Below are positions 21,374 to 30,856 of a stretch of DNA of 64,000 bases, piece after piece (the first letter of the stretch is position 1; each line of letters starts with the position of its first letter). The notes beneath the pieces are model-generated. The model was given only the letters and a program-made list of their open reading frames with translations. It did no database searches and was not told where the DNA came from. Source of the stretch: Caloramator sp. E03 (GTDB lineage Bacteria > Bacillota > Clostridia > Clostridiales > Caloramatoraceae); assembly GCF_006016075.1 (NCBI RefSeq), contig NZ_CP040093.1, forward strand, positions 1,239,069 to 1,303,068, read 5' to 3'. A program made the position numbers and the translations under genes.

Positions 21374-22756
21374 ATGGACGAAGAAAATGTGATCGATTTA
21401 CGAGATATAATAAACATTTTAAAAAAAAGAAAATGGATAATAGTCTATGCCTCAACTCTTACAGTAACTGCAACTTTAATAATCAGTCTTTTTTTTATTA
21501 ATCCAAAGTATGAAAGCAAAGCAAGTATAGTAATCGTAAAGGAAGATGCAAGAATATTTTATGAGGACAGATATACTCAAAGCGACATTTTAATGTATCA
21601 AAAACTTCTAAAAACCTACTGTGAAATTGCAAAATCCAATTTAGTAATTGATAAGACTGCAGAGGAATTTCCACAATACAAAAGCGAAGAGATAAAAAAA
21701 ATGGTAAGTGCTGTACCCATGGTAGATACTCAAATAATAGAACTTAAGGCAAAATGCAATAGCCCCTCCCTTGCCCAAAACATAGTAAACACTTATGCAA
21801 AAAATTTTATCGAAGAATCCATGAAAGTTCTTCCTGCAGGGGATCTTAAGCTGCTTGATAGTGGTAAATATATGGACAAGATAGTATCCCCAAACTATAA
21901 GCTGAACCTATCTATAGCCTTTGTTATAGGGATCATGATGTCGGTAGGAATAATATTTCTTCTCGAATATATTGATACAAAAATAAAAAGCAAGGAGCAG
22001 ATTGAAAGAGAAATAAAACTTCCTGTATTAGTAGAAATATCAAATTCAAAAAGTATGTCGATTTTAAATTTTTGTGAAAATCTCTTTTTTAGCGAAAGGT
22101 TCTTCGAATTAGAAAGCTTTAAACTATTAAAAAATACTCTGCAATATTCAAAAGACTTAAAAGAAAAAAAGAGCTTTTTAATAAGCAGTATAAAGGAGGG
22201 AGAAGGGAAAACAACAATAGCTTTAAATCTTGCTGTAAATCTTTCCCTTGAGGGCAAAAAAACTCTTTTGATGGATTTTAATATGCTTCATCCATCAATA
22301 AGCAGTTTATTTAACATTGCTGAAGACGAAAAGCAACTTTTCGAAAAAACTCAACTTGATAACCTTTATGTTTTTTCAATCTCTACAATAAAATCAGCTA
22401 ATAGAAAAGAAATTCTATATAGTAGATTAGAAGAAATTTTTGATTTAGCCTATAAAAACTTTGATTATATAATAGTTGACACACCTTCAGCTGCACATCT
22501 TAGCTACATACAAGACATCTCTCGCTTCACAGATGGTTGTATATTCGTTATTAAAGAAGGATTGGTAGACATGAAGGAATTTTTAAATACAAAAGAAATA
22601 TTAGAAAGAACCAGTGTAAATATAGTAGGAACTGTTTTAAACAAAGAGATAAATCTAAAATATACAAGGGAAAATGCATTCAAAAGAAAAAATTTCAATC
22701 TATACACAAAACAATTTAGAAAGGGAGAATATATATGTCAAGGAAAAGCACGTTAA
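21374..22756 (+). CDS. Polysaccharide chain-length determinant (Wzz-like) fused to BY-kinase (CapA/CapB-type fusion)
   Basis: 460 aa; N-terminal TM + Wzz-like region, second TM, then P-loop ATPase domain with Walker A EGEGKTTIALNLA and Walker B DYIIVDTPS; Tyr-rich C-terminus. Confidence 0.7.
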   Translation: MDEENVIDLRDIINILKKRKWIIVYASTLTVTATLIISLFFINPKYESKASIVIVKEDARIFYEDRYTQSDILMYQKLLKTYCEIAKSNLVIDKTAEEFPQYKSEEIKKMVSAVPMVDTQIIELKAKCNSPSLAQNIVNTYAKNFIEESMKVLPAGDLKLLDSGKYMDKIVSPNYKLNLSIAFVIGIMMSVGIIFLLEYIDTKIKSKEQIEREIKLPVLVEISNSKSMSILNFCENLFFSERFFELESFKLLKNTLQYSKDLKEKKSFLISSIKEGEGKTTIALNLAVNLSLEGKKTLLMDFNMLHPSISSLFNIAEDEKQLFEKTQLDNLYVFSISTIKSANRKEILYSRLEEIFDLAYKNFDYIIVDTPSAAHLSYIQDISRFTDGCIFVIKEGLVDMKEFLNTKEILERTSVNIVGTVLNKEINLKYTRENAFKRKNFNLYTKQFRKGEYICQGKAR

Positions 22757-24201
22757 CCCTTATCTTTATTATATTTATATTATCAATCAACTTACAAATA
22801 GTAAGCTCAAAGGTAAAACTAAAAAACGATGTTAAAAATGAAATAGCATCAAATGATAACAGCTTCTTAACTGAAAATCAGGTACAGATAATAACAGATA
22901 TGGATAAAACATTATCTGAAAACCTTCCATATTCAAGCATTTTAAAATTCCCTATAACAATACTTAATCCAGATCCGAAAACAGCTAACATTTATGTTAC
23001 ACCAATGAATAAAAACTATACTGTTAAAATAATAGGAGATAACGGATATGAAAGAACTGCCTTTAAAGTTTTAGATAAAAATGGAGAACACTATGTGTGG
23101 TATCCTGATAAAATCGGCATTTTTAAAATAGTTGTAATGAATGGAAAGGATGTATTATCTCAAAGAAAGGTATATGTGAATAATAAAAACAATAAATACC
23201 TTCAGCTTGATTATATTAAAATCGATACAAATAATCCAAACAATATAACAATAAAAACTAAAGTAAGTGATCTTCCAAATACTGAGGATTATTCCAGTAG
23301 TAATAAAATATTTAAGTTCGTTGTTGGGGAAAAGGATATGTGGTATAAAACTATAAAAAACTATGGAGATATTGTGCAAAAGGAATCTTCAAAAAGCAGT
23401 ATATACAAAGTTGATGAAAATGATGGCAATTTCAAATTCAACAGCGGCATATACCACGTGGGAGTCTTTGCAAAATCCCCAAACTCAATAGAATATGAAG
23501 ATACAAAGTTTACATTTTTTAAAAAGCAAGGACTTGATAATATCTCTATTAAAATAGAAGCAACCCCAATTGCAGAAGAATTAAACACTTATAAATTTAA
23601 AATAATAGTTACATCCCCTAAAAACTTTGATATATCAAACCTACAATACGCATTTTTGCTGTGGGATAAACATGGAATAACAAAGCTTAGAGATTATGCA
23701 GACAGCAATATATTAGAAGCTCCCTTTAAGGCATATAGTCCCGGAAGATATATAATATATGGAAGAGTAAGGCAAAAACCTTCATCGTCAGATCAATACC
23801 TCCCTAACTCCTATGAAGCTGAAGCTTCTTACGTTTTAGACATTAAATCACAAAATAATGTTGTAATAGATGATGTAAAAATAACAGTATGTGAAGCAAA
23901 AAACGGTATAGGAAATAATGGATATAAATATTATGAACTCCCCTACGGGAAAGTAAAAGCCCATGAAATGAACTATATAATTATAAATGCACATTCGAAG
24001 GAAAATACAACCCTTTACTACAAGGCTTATATAACCCACGACAACTACTTTTATTCCCTTGGAGATTACAGCACAAACAACATAATACCCTTCTATCCTA
24101 AGAATGACTCTGGAGAGTATAAAATAACAGTATTAGTAAAGGATGCTTTGTCAAACTCAGATAATGACAGAAAAGTATTAACTGTAAGCGTTAAAAATTG
24201 A
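22735..24201 (+). CDS. Secreted repeat protein (signal peptide + four approx 100-aa beta-rich, Tyr-rich repeats; Y_Y_Y/Ig-like?)
   Basis: Signal peptide MSRKSTLTLIFIIFILSINLQIVSS; internal repeats with recurrent Y-x-Y motifs; overlaps upstream kinase stop (operonic). Confidence 0.5.
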   Translation: MSRKSTLTLIFIIFILSINLQIVSSKVKLKNDVKNEIASNDNSFLTENQVQIITDMDKTLSENLPYSSILKFPITILNPDPKTANIYVTPMNKNYTVKIIGDNGYERTAFKVLDKNGEHYVWYPDKIGIFKIVVMNGKDVLSQRKVYVNNKNNKYLQLDYIKIDTNNPNNITIKTKVSDLPNTEDYSSSNKIFKFVVGEKDMWYKTIKNYGDIVQKESSKSSIYKVDENDGNFKFNSGIYHVGVFAKSPNSIEYEDTKFTFFKKQGLDNISIKIEATPIAEELNTYKFKIIVTSPKNFDISNLQYAFLLWDKHGITKLRDYADSNILEAPFKAYSPGRYIIYGRVRQKPSSSDQYLPNSYEAEASYVLDIKSQNNVVIDDVKITVCEAKNGIGNNGYKYYELPYGKVKAHEMNYIIINAHSKENTTLYYKAYITHDNYFYSLGDYSTNNIIPFYPKNDSGEYKITVLVKDALSNSDNDRKVLTVSVKN

Positions 24202-24234
24202 TACCACATTAAAATTTCAAAAGAGGGTCAAAAG

Positions 24235-24843
24235 ATGAAAAATAATGGTTTTAAAATAACTTTTCTTCTTTTAATAATCTCCCTAATGTTTAACATTGGA
24301 CTTGCCAATACAATAAATATATATTCAAAAGCAATAAAACAAAATAAAAATTTCAACTCTACTATAAAGGAAAGTAATAATTTAAACCAGAGCTTTGAAA
24401 AATATTACGCTGACAAGCTTAACAAGCTTTTTACACAGGATGAACTAATTATTCTTTCCCAAAGGCAATGGGAATATAAACTTACTGCAAACGGTTCTGA
24501 TGTTAACAGCGAAACAGTTTATCTAAAGGATAGAAATTTAAAAATTGTACTTGCCGAATATTTAAAAGCAAAGGAAAAACTTCTTCCCGATGAAATTTTA
24601 AAAACTGGAACCATTACAGGAGGGGATAAAAATGACAGCCTCAGTTCCCATTTAGAAGTAATATCCCCTATCCCTTTCAATACATACACTGAAAAAAAAG
24701 ACATGGACAGTCGCCTTTGTATAGAAGTTAAGGATATACCAAGAGGAACATTAATAACCCTAAAGCTCAGCGAAATACTAAAATATAGGATAGGTCTTAA
24801 AGAAAAGCTTAAGGAAAATATTATTAAAATAGTAATAAATTAG
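24235..24843 (+). CDS. Hypothetical secreted protein
   Basis: 202 aa, N-terminal signal peptide, good RBS, no recognisable domain. Confidence 0.45.
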   Translation: MKNNGFKITFLLLIISLMFNIGLANTINIYSKAIKQNKNFNSTIKESNNLNQSFEKYYADKLNKLFTQDELIILSQRQWEYKLTANGSDVNSETVYLKDRNLKIVLAEYLKAKEKLLPDEILKTGTITGGDKNDSLSSHLEVISPIPFNTYTEKKDMDSRLCIEVKDIPRGTLITLKLSEILKYRIGLKEKLKENIIKIVIN

Positions 24844-24880
24844 GTTAAAATTTGAGACGATTAATTGTTTTTGTTAATTA

Positions 24881-24919
24881 TTCTCCATTCTCCGGTGCCT
24901 GGCACCGGAGAATGGAGAA
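24881..24919. repeat. REP element, full perfect 39-nt palindrome (copy D)
   Basis: ttctccattctccggtgcc-t-ggcaccggagaatggagaa; followed by T-run (terminator-like). Confidence 0.9.
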
Positions 24920-25023
24920 TTTATTTTGACAAGAAAAATCAAAAATATACTAAAAGATACTTGTCTGCTATAACAAGTTTAATTTAAAATAAAGTTAAAA
25001 AATTACTTTAAAGAGGTTCAATT

Positions 25024-26631
25024 ATGAGCAAAACAAAGCAGACATTAATCATTTTAATAATTGTTTTTTCATCATACTTTTATTTTAACTTAAAAAAAGT
25101 ATCAACTATAAATAATCTCATCAGTTCTGCTTTATCAACAAGGAACCGAATAAATCAGTATATAAAATTGAGCTGTGATTCTATTAATACACTGTCTATA
25201 TATGGAAATGAATATATTAATGGAAAAAAATACAATATCAGCCCCTATTTTAAAGATTTAAAATATGATAAGGATTCAAATTCCTATAACCTCGACAATG
25301 CATTTAAAAATGGATATTCAAAATATGTTGGAAATCTAACCGGTAAAGGTAATATACCAAAGGATCCTTTATTATTAAAAGAATTAAATCTCGCATTAAG
25401 TTATAACAAATATTTCCGTTCAATTTATAATTCATTACCCGGTATAGCCTGGATATACTATACAAGCAAAAACGGTTTTATAAATATTTACCCTTGGGTT
25501 TCATCTAAAGAATTTTCATATAGCGACATACTTCTTAAAAAAGAATTTTTCACCGGGGCTTTACCTAATGCAAACAAAGACAAAGCCAGTTTTTGGACTC
25601 CTGTATACTATGATGCTGCTGGGAAAGGTAATATGATAACTATTTCATCACCAATTTATTATAATAATGATTTTTTAGGCGTCGTTTCAATAGATATAAC
25701 AATAAATAAAATCAATGACATATTGAAATCGAGTTATAATTCATTTTTAATAAACAAATATGATCAAATAATCGGAGCTAATTTTAATAAAAATTTAATA
25801 GAGAACAAAATTACGCATCTAAATGAATTTTTCAAAGGTTATAATGAAAACCAGATAAGTGCACTCAAAACCTTGCCAGAAAATAAAATTATCAAATGGG
25901 AGAATTACTATGTATATAAGCAAACTTTCTCTGATGCAAATTGTTTATTATATTGTATGATTCCAAAGAAAAAGGTTTTGTTTGATGCGTTTGTTTCAAT
26001 CATTCCAATATTAATAATAGGTACTTTGCTATTAATATTAAGTTATGTAATCAACATCCAAAAAAAGACACAAAGGGAGTTAAAAACTTTAGTAGATGAA
26101 TTAGCAGCAACTCAAAGTTTACTGCATCAGTCAGCTTCCCATGATTTTTTAACTTCAGTTCTTAATCGTAGGGGATTTTATGAAAAATTCAAAGAGTTGC
26201 TATCGAAGATAGATGAAAATGATCCAATATCTATTATAGCTGCAGACGTAGACTTTTTTAAAAAAGTAAATGATCTATATGGTCATGATGCTGGAGATTA
26301 TGTTCTTAAAAAAATTGCAAATACGATTATAAATCTTATAGATAAAAATGATATTTTTTCAAGATGGGGAGGAGAGGAGTTTTTAATTGTACTTCCTAAC
26401 ACCTCATACGAAGAAGCCCTTAAAAAGGCTGAAACTTTAAGAAATGAAATAGAAAATAATGTTATTAAACATAAAAACAAAAAAATTAAAATTACTATGA
26501 CTTTTGGAGTAAGCAGATTTAATTCTATTTACGGTATAGATAAATGTATTTCAAATGCAGATAAGGCACTTTACCATGGTAAAAATAAAGGAAGAAACTG
26601 TGTAGTGGGATTTGAAAGCATACTTGATTAA
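25024..26631 (+). CDS. Sensor diguanylate cyclase (TM - periplasmic Cache-like domain - TM - GGDEF)
   Basis: 535 aa; GGDEF domain with intact GGEEF (SRWGGEEFLIV); about 290-aa extracytoplasmic region between two TM helices. Confidence 0.85.
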   Translation: MSKTKQTLIILIIVFSSYFYFNLKKVSTINNLISSALSTRNRINQYIKLSCDSINTLSIYGNEYINGKKYNISPYFKDLKYDKDSNSYNLDNAFKNGYSKYVGNLTGKGNIPKDPLLLKELNLALSYNKYFRSIYNSLPGIAWIYYTSKNGFINIYPWVSSKEFSYSDILLKKEFFTGALPNANKDKASFWTPVYYDAAGKGNMITISSPIYYNNDFLGVVSIDITINKINDILKSSYNSFLINKYDQIIGANFNKNLIENKITHLNEFFKGYNENQISALKTLPENKIIKWENYYVYKQTFSDANCLLYCMIPKKKVLFDAFVSIIPILIIGTLLLILSYVINIQKKTQRELKTLVDELAATQSLLHQSASHDFLTSVLNRRGFYEKFKELLSKIDENDPISIIAADVDFFKKVNDLYGHDAGDYVLKKIANTIINLIDKNDIFSRWGGEEFLIVLPNTSYEEALKKAETLRNEIENNVIKHKNKKIKITMTFGVSRFNSIYGIDKCISNADKALYHGKNKGRNCVVGFESILD

Positions 26632-26726
26632 AATAGTTTTGCAATATCTACAACCATATCTGACCTGGGCAAGTTTAGAGGGTTAGGGGGACGGTTACTT
26701 ATTTATGTCAAGAAATTAAATTTAAC

Positions 26727-26761
26727 TTCTCCATTCTCCGGTGCCTGGCACCGGAGAATGG
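26727..26761. repeat. REP element copy E (full palindrome minus last 4 nt), ends unit 1 of the tandem duplication
   Basis: ttctccattctccggtgcctggcaccggagaatgg. Confidence 0.9.
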
Positions 26762-26991
26762 TCTCATACGAAGAAGCCCTTAAAAAGGCTGAAACTTTAA
26801 GAAATGAAATAGAAAATAATGTTATTAAACATAAAAACAAAAAAATTAAAATTACTATGACTTTTGGAGTAAGCAGATTTAATTCTATTTACGGTATAGA
26901 TAAATGTATTTCAAATGCAGATAAGGCACTTTACTATGGTAAAAATAAAGGAAGAAACTGTGTAGTGGGATTTGAAAGCATACTTGATTAA
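26758..26991 (+). pseudogene. Duplicated 3' fragment of the diguanylate cyclase gene (C-terminal 75 aa of GGDEF domain), with ATG supplied by REP
   Basis: 77-aa ORF identical to the C-terminus of the 25024..26631 product except H->Y; start codon lies inside REP copy E; lacks GGEEF motif and sensor. Confidence 0.8.
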
Positions 26992-27085
26992 AATAATTTT
27001 ACAATATCTACAACCATATCTGCTCTGGACAAGTTTAGCAGTTTGGGGGACGGTTACTTATTTATGTCAAAAAATTAAATTTAAC

Positions 27086-27120
27086 TTCTCCATTCTCCGG
27101 TGCCTGGCACCGGAGAATGG
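27086..27120. repeat. REP element copy F; likely bidirectional terminator between GGDEF fragment and PTS IIC
   Basis: Same 35-nt palindrome followed by tctttttatt; 11 nt from PTS IIC stop. Confidence 0.85.
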
Positions 27121-27131
27121 TCTTTTTATTA

Positions 27132-28394
27132 TTATTTCACAAACAATTTCAATACGTTACCAAGAACGATACCAACTACTCCAAAGTCTGCATCACTAAA
27201 TGTAGTATTTGCATATCCGAGATCCCCAAGTACAGGAAGTAAAAGTACAGGAAGAAATGTTATTAAAAGGCCATGAACAAAAGCACCTAAGAATGCACCC
27301 CTTCTTCCTCCTGTTGCATTACCATATACACCTGCAGTTGCTCCACAGAAGAAGTGTGGAACTACGCCTGGAAGAATTACAGGAGCCTTTAGAGCAATCA
27401 AGATAAACATACCAACTATTCCGCCTAAAAAGCTTGAAAGGAAACCAATCAAAACTGCATTTGGAGCATATGGATAAACAACTGGACAGTCAAGGGCAGG
27501 TTTTGCATCGGGAACTATTTTAAGTGCAATACCTGTAAATGCAGGAACGATTTCAGCAAGTATAAGTCTAACACCAGCTAATATTACATAAACTCCACCT
27601 GCAAAGGTTATTGCCTGAATAAGTGAGAATAGAATAAAGTTTTGTCCATCACTTAATTTGCTTTCAACAAATTCTCTGCCGCATACAAGAGCAACAATTA
27701 AATATAGTATTGCCATAACAAGGGCTATTGCAACTGAAGTATCTCTAAGGAAAGTAAGCCCCTGTGGGAATTCCATCTCCTCAGTTGATTTCGAATTTTT
27801 ACCTACAAGTTTCCCAACCCAAGCTGATAAAACGTAACCAACAGTACCAAAGTGAGCAAAGGCTACATTATCTTCACCAGTAATTTTTCTCATAGTAGGC
27901 TGGGCTATTGCTGGGAAAAACGCCATTACAAAACCTAAAAGAATTGAACCTAAAACAACGAGAGAAGTTCCCTTCATTCCTCCTGCAACAAGAATTGCAG
28001 CTATCATACATGCCATATAAAGAGTATGATGACCTGTTAAGAATATATACTTTAGCCTTGTAAATCTTGCAATTAAAATATTAACAAGCATACCTAAAGT
28101 CATAATAAGTGCGGTTTGAGTGCCATAGGTTTTAAGTGCAAGGGCAACTATAGCCTCATTGTTTGGAACTATACCCTGAACACCAAAACCCTGCTGAAAC
28201 ATAGTTCCAAAATGATTAAGGGAGCCTACGACTATTCCAGCACCACCACTAAGCACTAAAAATCCCATTATGGTTTTTATAGTACCCTTTACAGTATCTG
28301 CTGCTGACTTTTTTTGTGCAATAAGGCCAACAAGCGCTACAAGCCCTACAAGTATTGCAGGAACACTTAAAATGTCAAGAATAACCTTTAACAT
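27132..28394 (-). CDS. PTS ascorbate-family (UlaA/SgaT) transporter subunit IIC
   Basis: 420 aa polytopic membrane protein, N-terminal MLKVILDILSVPAILVGLVALVGL typical of UlaA. Confidence 0.8.
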   Translation of the reverse strand: MLKVILDILSVPAILVGLVALVGLIAQKKSAADTVKGTIKTIMGFLVLSGGAGIVVGSLNHFGTMFQQGFGVQGIVPNNEAIVALALKTYGTQTALIMTLGMLVNILIARFTRLKYIFLTGHHTLYMACMIAAILVAGGMKGTSLVVLGSILLGFVMAFFPAIAQPTMRKITGEDNVAFAHFGTVGYVLSAWVGKLVGKNSKSTEEMEFPQGLTFLRDTSVAIALVMAILYLIVALVCGREFVESKLSDGQNFILFSLIQAITFAGGVYVILAGVRLILAEIVPAFTGIALKIVPDAKPALDCPVVYPYAPNAVLIGFLSSFLGGIVGMFILIALKAPVILPGVVPHFFCGATAGVYGNATGGRRGAFLGAFVHGLLITFLPVLLLPVLGDLGYANTTFSDADFGVVGIVLGNVLKLFVK

Positions 28395-28418
28395 TAAAAT
28401 TCCCCCTTAATATTAAAT

Positions 28419-28700
28419 TTAAATAATTCCCATTTCCTTAAAAGTTTCACTCAACTTTTCCTTAAGCTCCTTAAGATCAATCATGCTGTTTAGCGATACC
28501 ACATGTCCTCCTAAACCCTTTAATTGTCCTGCTATATCCCTTGTGCCAACAAATATATCTGCTTTAATACCCTTGGCTGAGGATAAATCTGAATGATCAA
28601 CCTCCGCCTTTACATTAAGCTCCTTTAAAACCTTTTTTATGTTCATTTCAATCATAAAGCTGCTTCCAAGACCACTTCCACAGCAAACCAAAATCTTCAT
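28419..28700 (-). CDS. PTS ascorbate-family subunit IIB
   Basis: 93 aa, MKILVCCGSGLGSS active-site Cys motif. Confidence 0.85.
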   Translation of the reverse strand: MKILVCCGSGLGSSFMIEMNIKKVLKELNVKAEVDHSDLSSAKGIKADIFVGTRDIAGQLKGLGGHVVSLNSMIDLKELKEKLSETFKEMGII

Positions 28701-28717
28701 TTTTTCACCTCCTTTTC

Positions 28718-30856
28718 CTATTTTGAATATTTAGCTATTATATTAATAATTTCTTCCTTGGTCTTAGCCCTGTATATTCCATTCATGTCGCTGCTGTTCA
28801 TAAAAAGTTCCATAAGCTGAGATAATGCTTTTAAGTGAGATTCATTATCTATTGCTGCAAGAGTTATAATAAGTTTTACAGGATCATTAAGTTCGCTTCC
28901 AAAGTTTACTGGATTCTTAAGAGTTACAAGGCTCATCGAAAGCTTTTTAACCCCATCCTCAGGCCTTGCATGGGACAAAACTATTCCAGGTGCAACAACC
29001 ATATAGGGGCCTATATTTTTGAAATTTTCAATAATAGCGTCATAGTATGTATCTTCTATATAATTATTTTCAATTAAAATATCGGTTCCAAGCTTTAAAG
29101 CCTCCTGCCATGTGCTGCATTCTGCATTTAATAATATTGTTTTCCATGTTATAAGATCCTTAAGCATATAAACGTACCCCCATGTTTTTGAACATTCTTT
29201 ATAGTTTTTTAGCTCATGTAAAAATTCATACTGCAAAAGTTCTTTATTCGGTATATCTGCATATTTTTCAACAATATATATAAGCCTGTTTACAAGCTTT
29301 AAATCTTCGTTGTTTTCGAATCTTTTTAATTTATAATTAAAATATTTCTCAAGCTTTTCATAATCCTTTGATGTTAAAAGTGGGCTTACTTTTATAATTT
29401 TTTTGTTATTTACCTTGCCAATATCTATAGTACTTACAATATAGTCATAATTATCTTCAATATTTCGAACTTCTCTGCTTGATACAGTATCAACTATTTC
29501 AACATTAAACTCGCTTTCTATTTTTGAAGCTATCATTTTAGCTGTTCCAAGGCCACTTCCGCAAACAATAATAACCCTTGGTCTATGATTCAAATTCATA
29601 TTTAACCTTTCAAGAGCTGCCCCAAAATGAAGGGTTATATATGAAATTTCGTGTTCATCAATTGGACTATTTATAAATTCTTCAAGGTATCTTGATGCTT
29701 TTTTTACATTTAAAAACAATTCATTATAATTACTTCTTACATCTTCATAAACTGGATTTAAAAGCTTAAAATTATACTTAATCCTATAAAGGCTTGGTCT
29801 TAAATGAAGCACAAGTCCTTCAATGATACTCCCCTTTAAATCTTTAAAGTCAATCCCATATATTTTTTCAATTTCTTCTGTCATTTTAAGTGCAACATCA
29901 TATAGTCCCTTACTATTTAAATCTTCGCTATCTACTGCCTTATTTTTAATAATTTTAGCCCCAAGAAGGTGAAGGGTTATATATTCGATTTCTTCCTGCG
30001 GAACAGAAATATTATACTTTTCTTCAATCCTTTTTATCATCTTTTTTGAAACTTCATATTCCTTTGTATCTTTTAAATCCTCATTTACAAAGCCTAAGGC
30101 ATAAACATCCTTTTTAAGCTGCATTCTTTTAATCATAATAGCAAGGTGGGTTAAAAGTCCTCCATAAGCCTCATCACTAAACTTTCTTGAAAGCTCTGAT
30201 TCAGCCATTTTTATAAGGCTGTCAATAAAATCAATGTCTATATCAGAAAATAAAATATCAAACTGAAAGTTGCTGTATCTATTAGAGTCCATTTTTGTAC
30301 TGGTATAATTTAATATATCCTCATAAGATAATGTATCAAACACTAATTCCTTTGCAAGCTTTCTCCTCTGGCTTTCACTGCCTTCAATATAGATTCCATA
30401 CTTTTGTTTTCTAACAAGTTTTAAGCCGCTTTTTTTAAGATATTCTTCAAGCTCATCAAGTTCCTTTAGCATAGTGTTTTTAGATATAAAAAACATCTCT
30501 TGAAAATAGGAAACCTTAAGGGGCTGACTGCTCTGTAAAAGTTTTATCGCAGTATATTTAATCCTCTCATCTTTAGAAAAAGTATACTGGAATCTTGACT
30601 TAATGTTCTTATCACAAAGCAGATTCATTATAAATTCCTCAAGGCCATTATCCTTTTTAATCCTTATACCTCTGTTATATTCCCTTTCAAAATATGAGAA
30701 CCCATTTTTAACCAAGAATTTCTCTATTTTATCGATATTATATCTAACAGCTCTGTCTGTTAACTTATATTGTTTTGCAATATCTTCAATCTTTACAAAA
30801 CCATCTGCTTTATACAAATAGTTTAAAATTTCAACAGATCTTTTATTAAGCTGCAT
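28718..30856 (-). CDS. PRD-containing transcriptional regulator of MtlR/LicR type (HTH - Mga - 2xPRD - EIIB-like - EIIA-2)
   Basis: 712 aa; N-terminal HTH; PRD histidines; EIIB(Gat)-like CGSGLGTAKM; C-terminal EIIA type 2 with HARPEDG. Confidence 0.75.
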   Translation of the reverse strand: MQLNKRSVEILNYLYKADGFVKIEDIAKQYKLTDRAVRYNIDKIEKFLVKNGFSYFEREYNRGIRIKKDNGLEEFIMNLLCDKNIKSRFQYTFSKDERIKYTAIKLLQSSQPLKVSYFQEMFFISKNTMLKELDELEEYLKKSGLKLVRKQKYGIYIEGSESQRRKLAKELVFDTLSYEDILNYTSTKMDSNRYSNFQFDILFSDIDIDFIDSLIKMAESELSRKFSDEAYGGLLTHLAIMIKRMQLKKDVYALGFVNEDLKDTKEYEVSKKMIKRIEEKYNISVPQEEIEYITLHLLGAKIIKNKAVDSEDLNSKGLYDVALKMTEEIEKIYGIDFKDLKGSIIEGLVLHLRPSLYRIKYNFKLLNPVYEDVRSNYNELFLNVKKASRYLEEFINSPIDEHEISYITLHFGAALERLNMNLNHRPRVIIVCGSGLGTAKMIASKIESEFNVEIVDTVSSREVRNIEDNYDYIVSTIDIGKVNNKKIIKVSPLLTSKDYEKLEKYFNYKLKRFENNEDLKLVNRLIYIVEKYADIPNKELLQYEFLHELKNYKECSKTWGYVYMLKDLITWKTILLNAECSTWQEALKLGTDILIENNYIEDTYYDAIIENFKNIGPYMVVAPGIVLSHARPEDGVKKLSMSLVTLKNPVNFGSELNDPVKLIITLAAIDNESHLKALSQLMELFMNSSDMNGIYRAKTKEEIINIIAKYSK

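Larger units (their letters stand above)
26403..27121. repeat. Tandem direct duplication (2 x about 360 bp, about 97% identical); each unit = last 229 bp of GGDEF gene + 95-bp spacer + REP
   Basis: 26403-26762 repeats at 26763-27121 with about 10 substitutions and one 1-nt indel. Confidence 0.9.

Noticed and set aside
21895-22707. Minus-strand ORFs (120 and 67 aa) within the BY-kinase gene, considered as evidence that the kinase gene is broken
   Set aside because: The plus-strand frame is continuous through Walker A and B with sensible TM topology, so the kinase ORF looks intact and the antisense ORFs are spurious.
18400-27120. REP copies considered as a possible CRISPR array
   Set aside because: The repeats are perfect palindromes, occur in both half and full forms, have irregular kb-scale spacing with genes in between, and no cas genes are present. 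The behaviour is REP/RAYT-like, not CRISPR.
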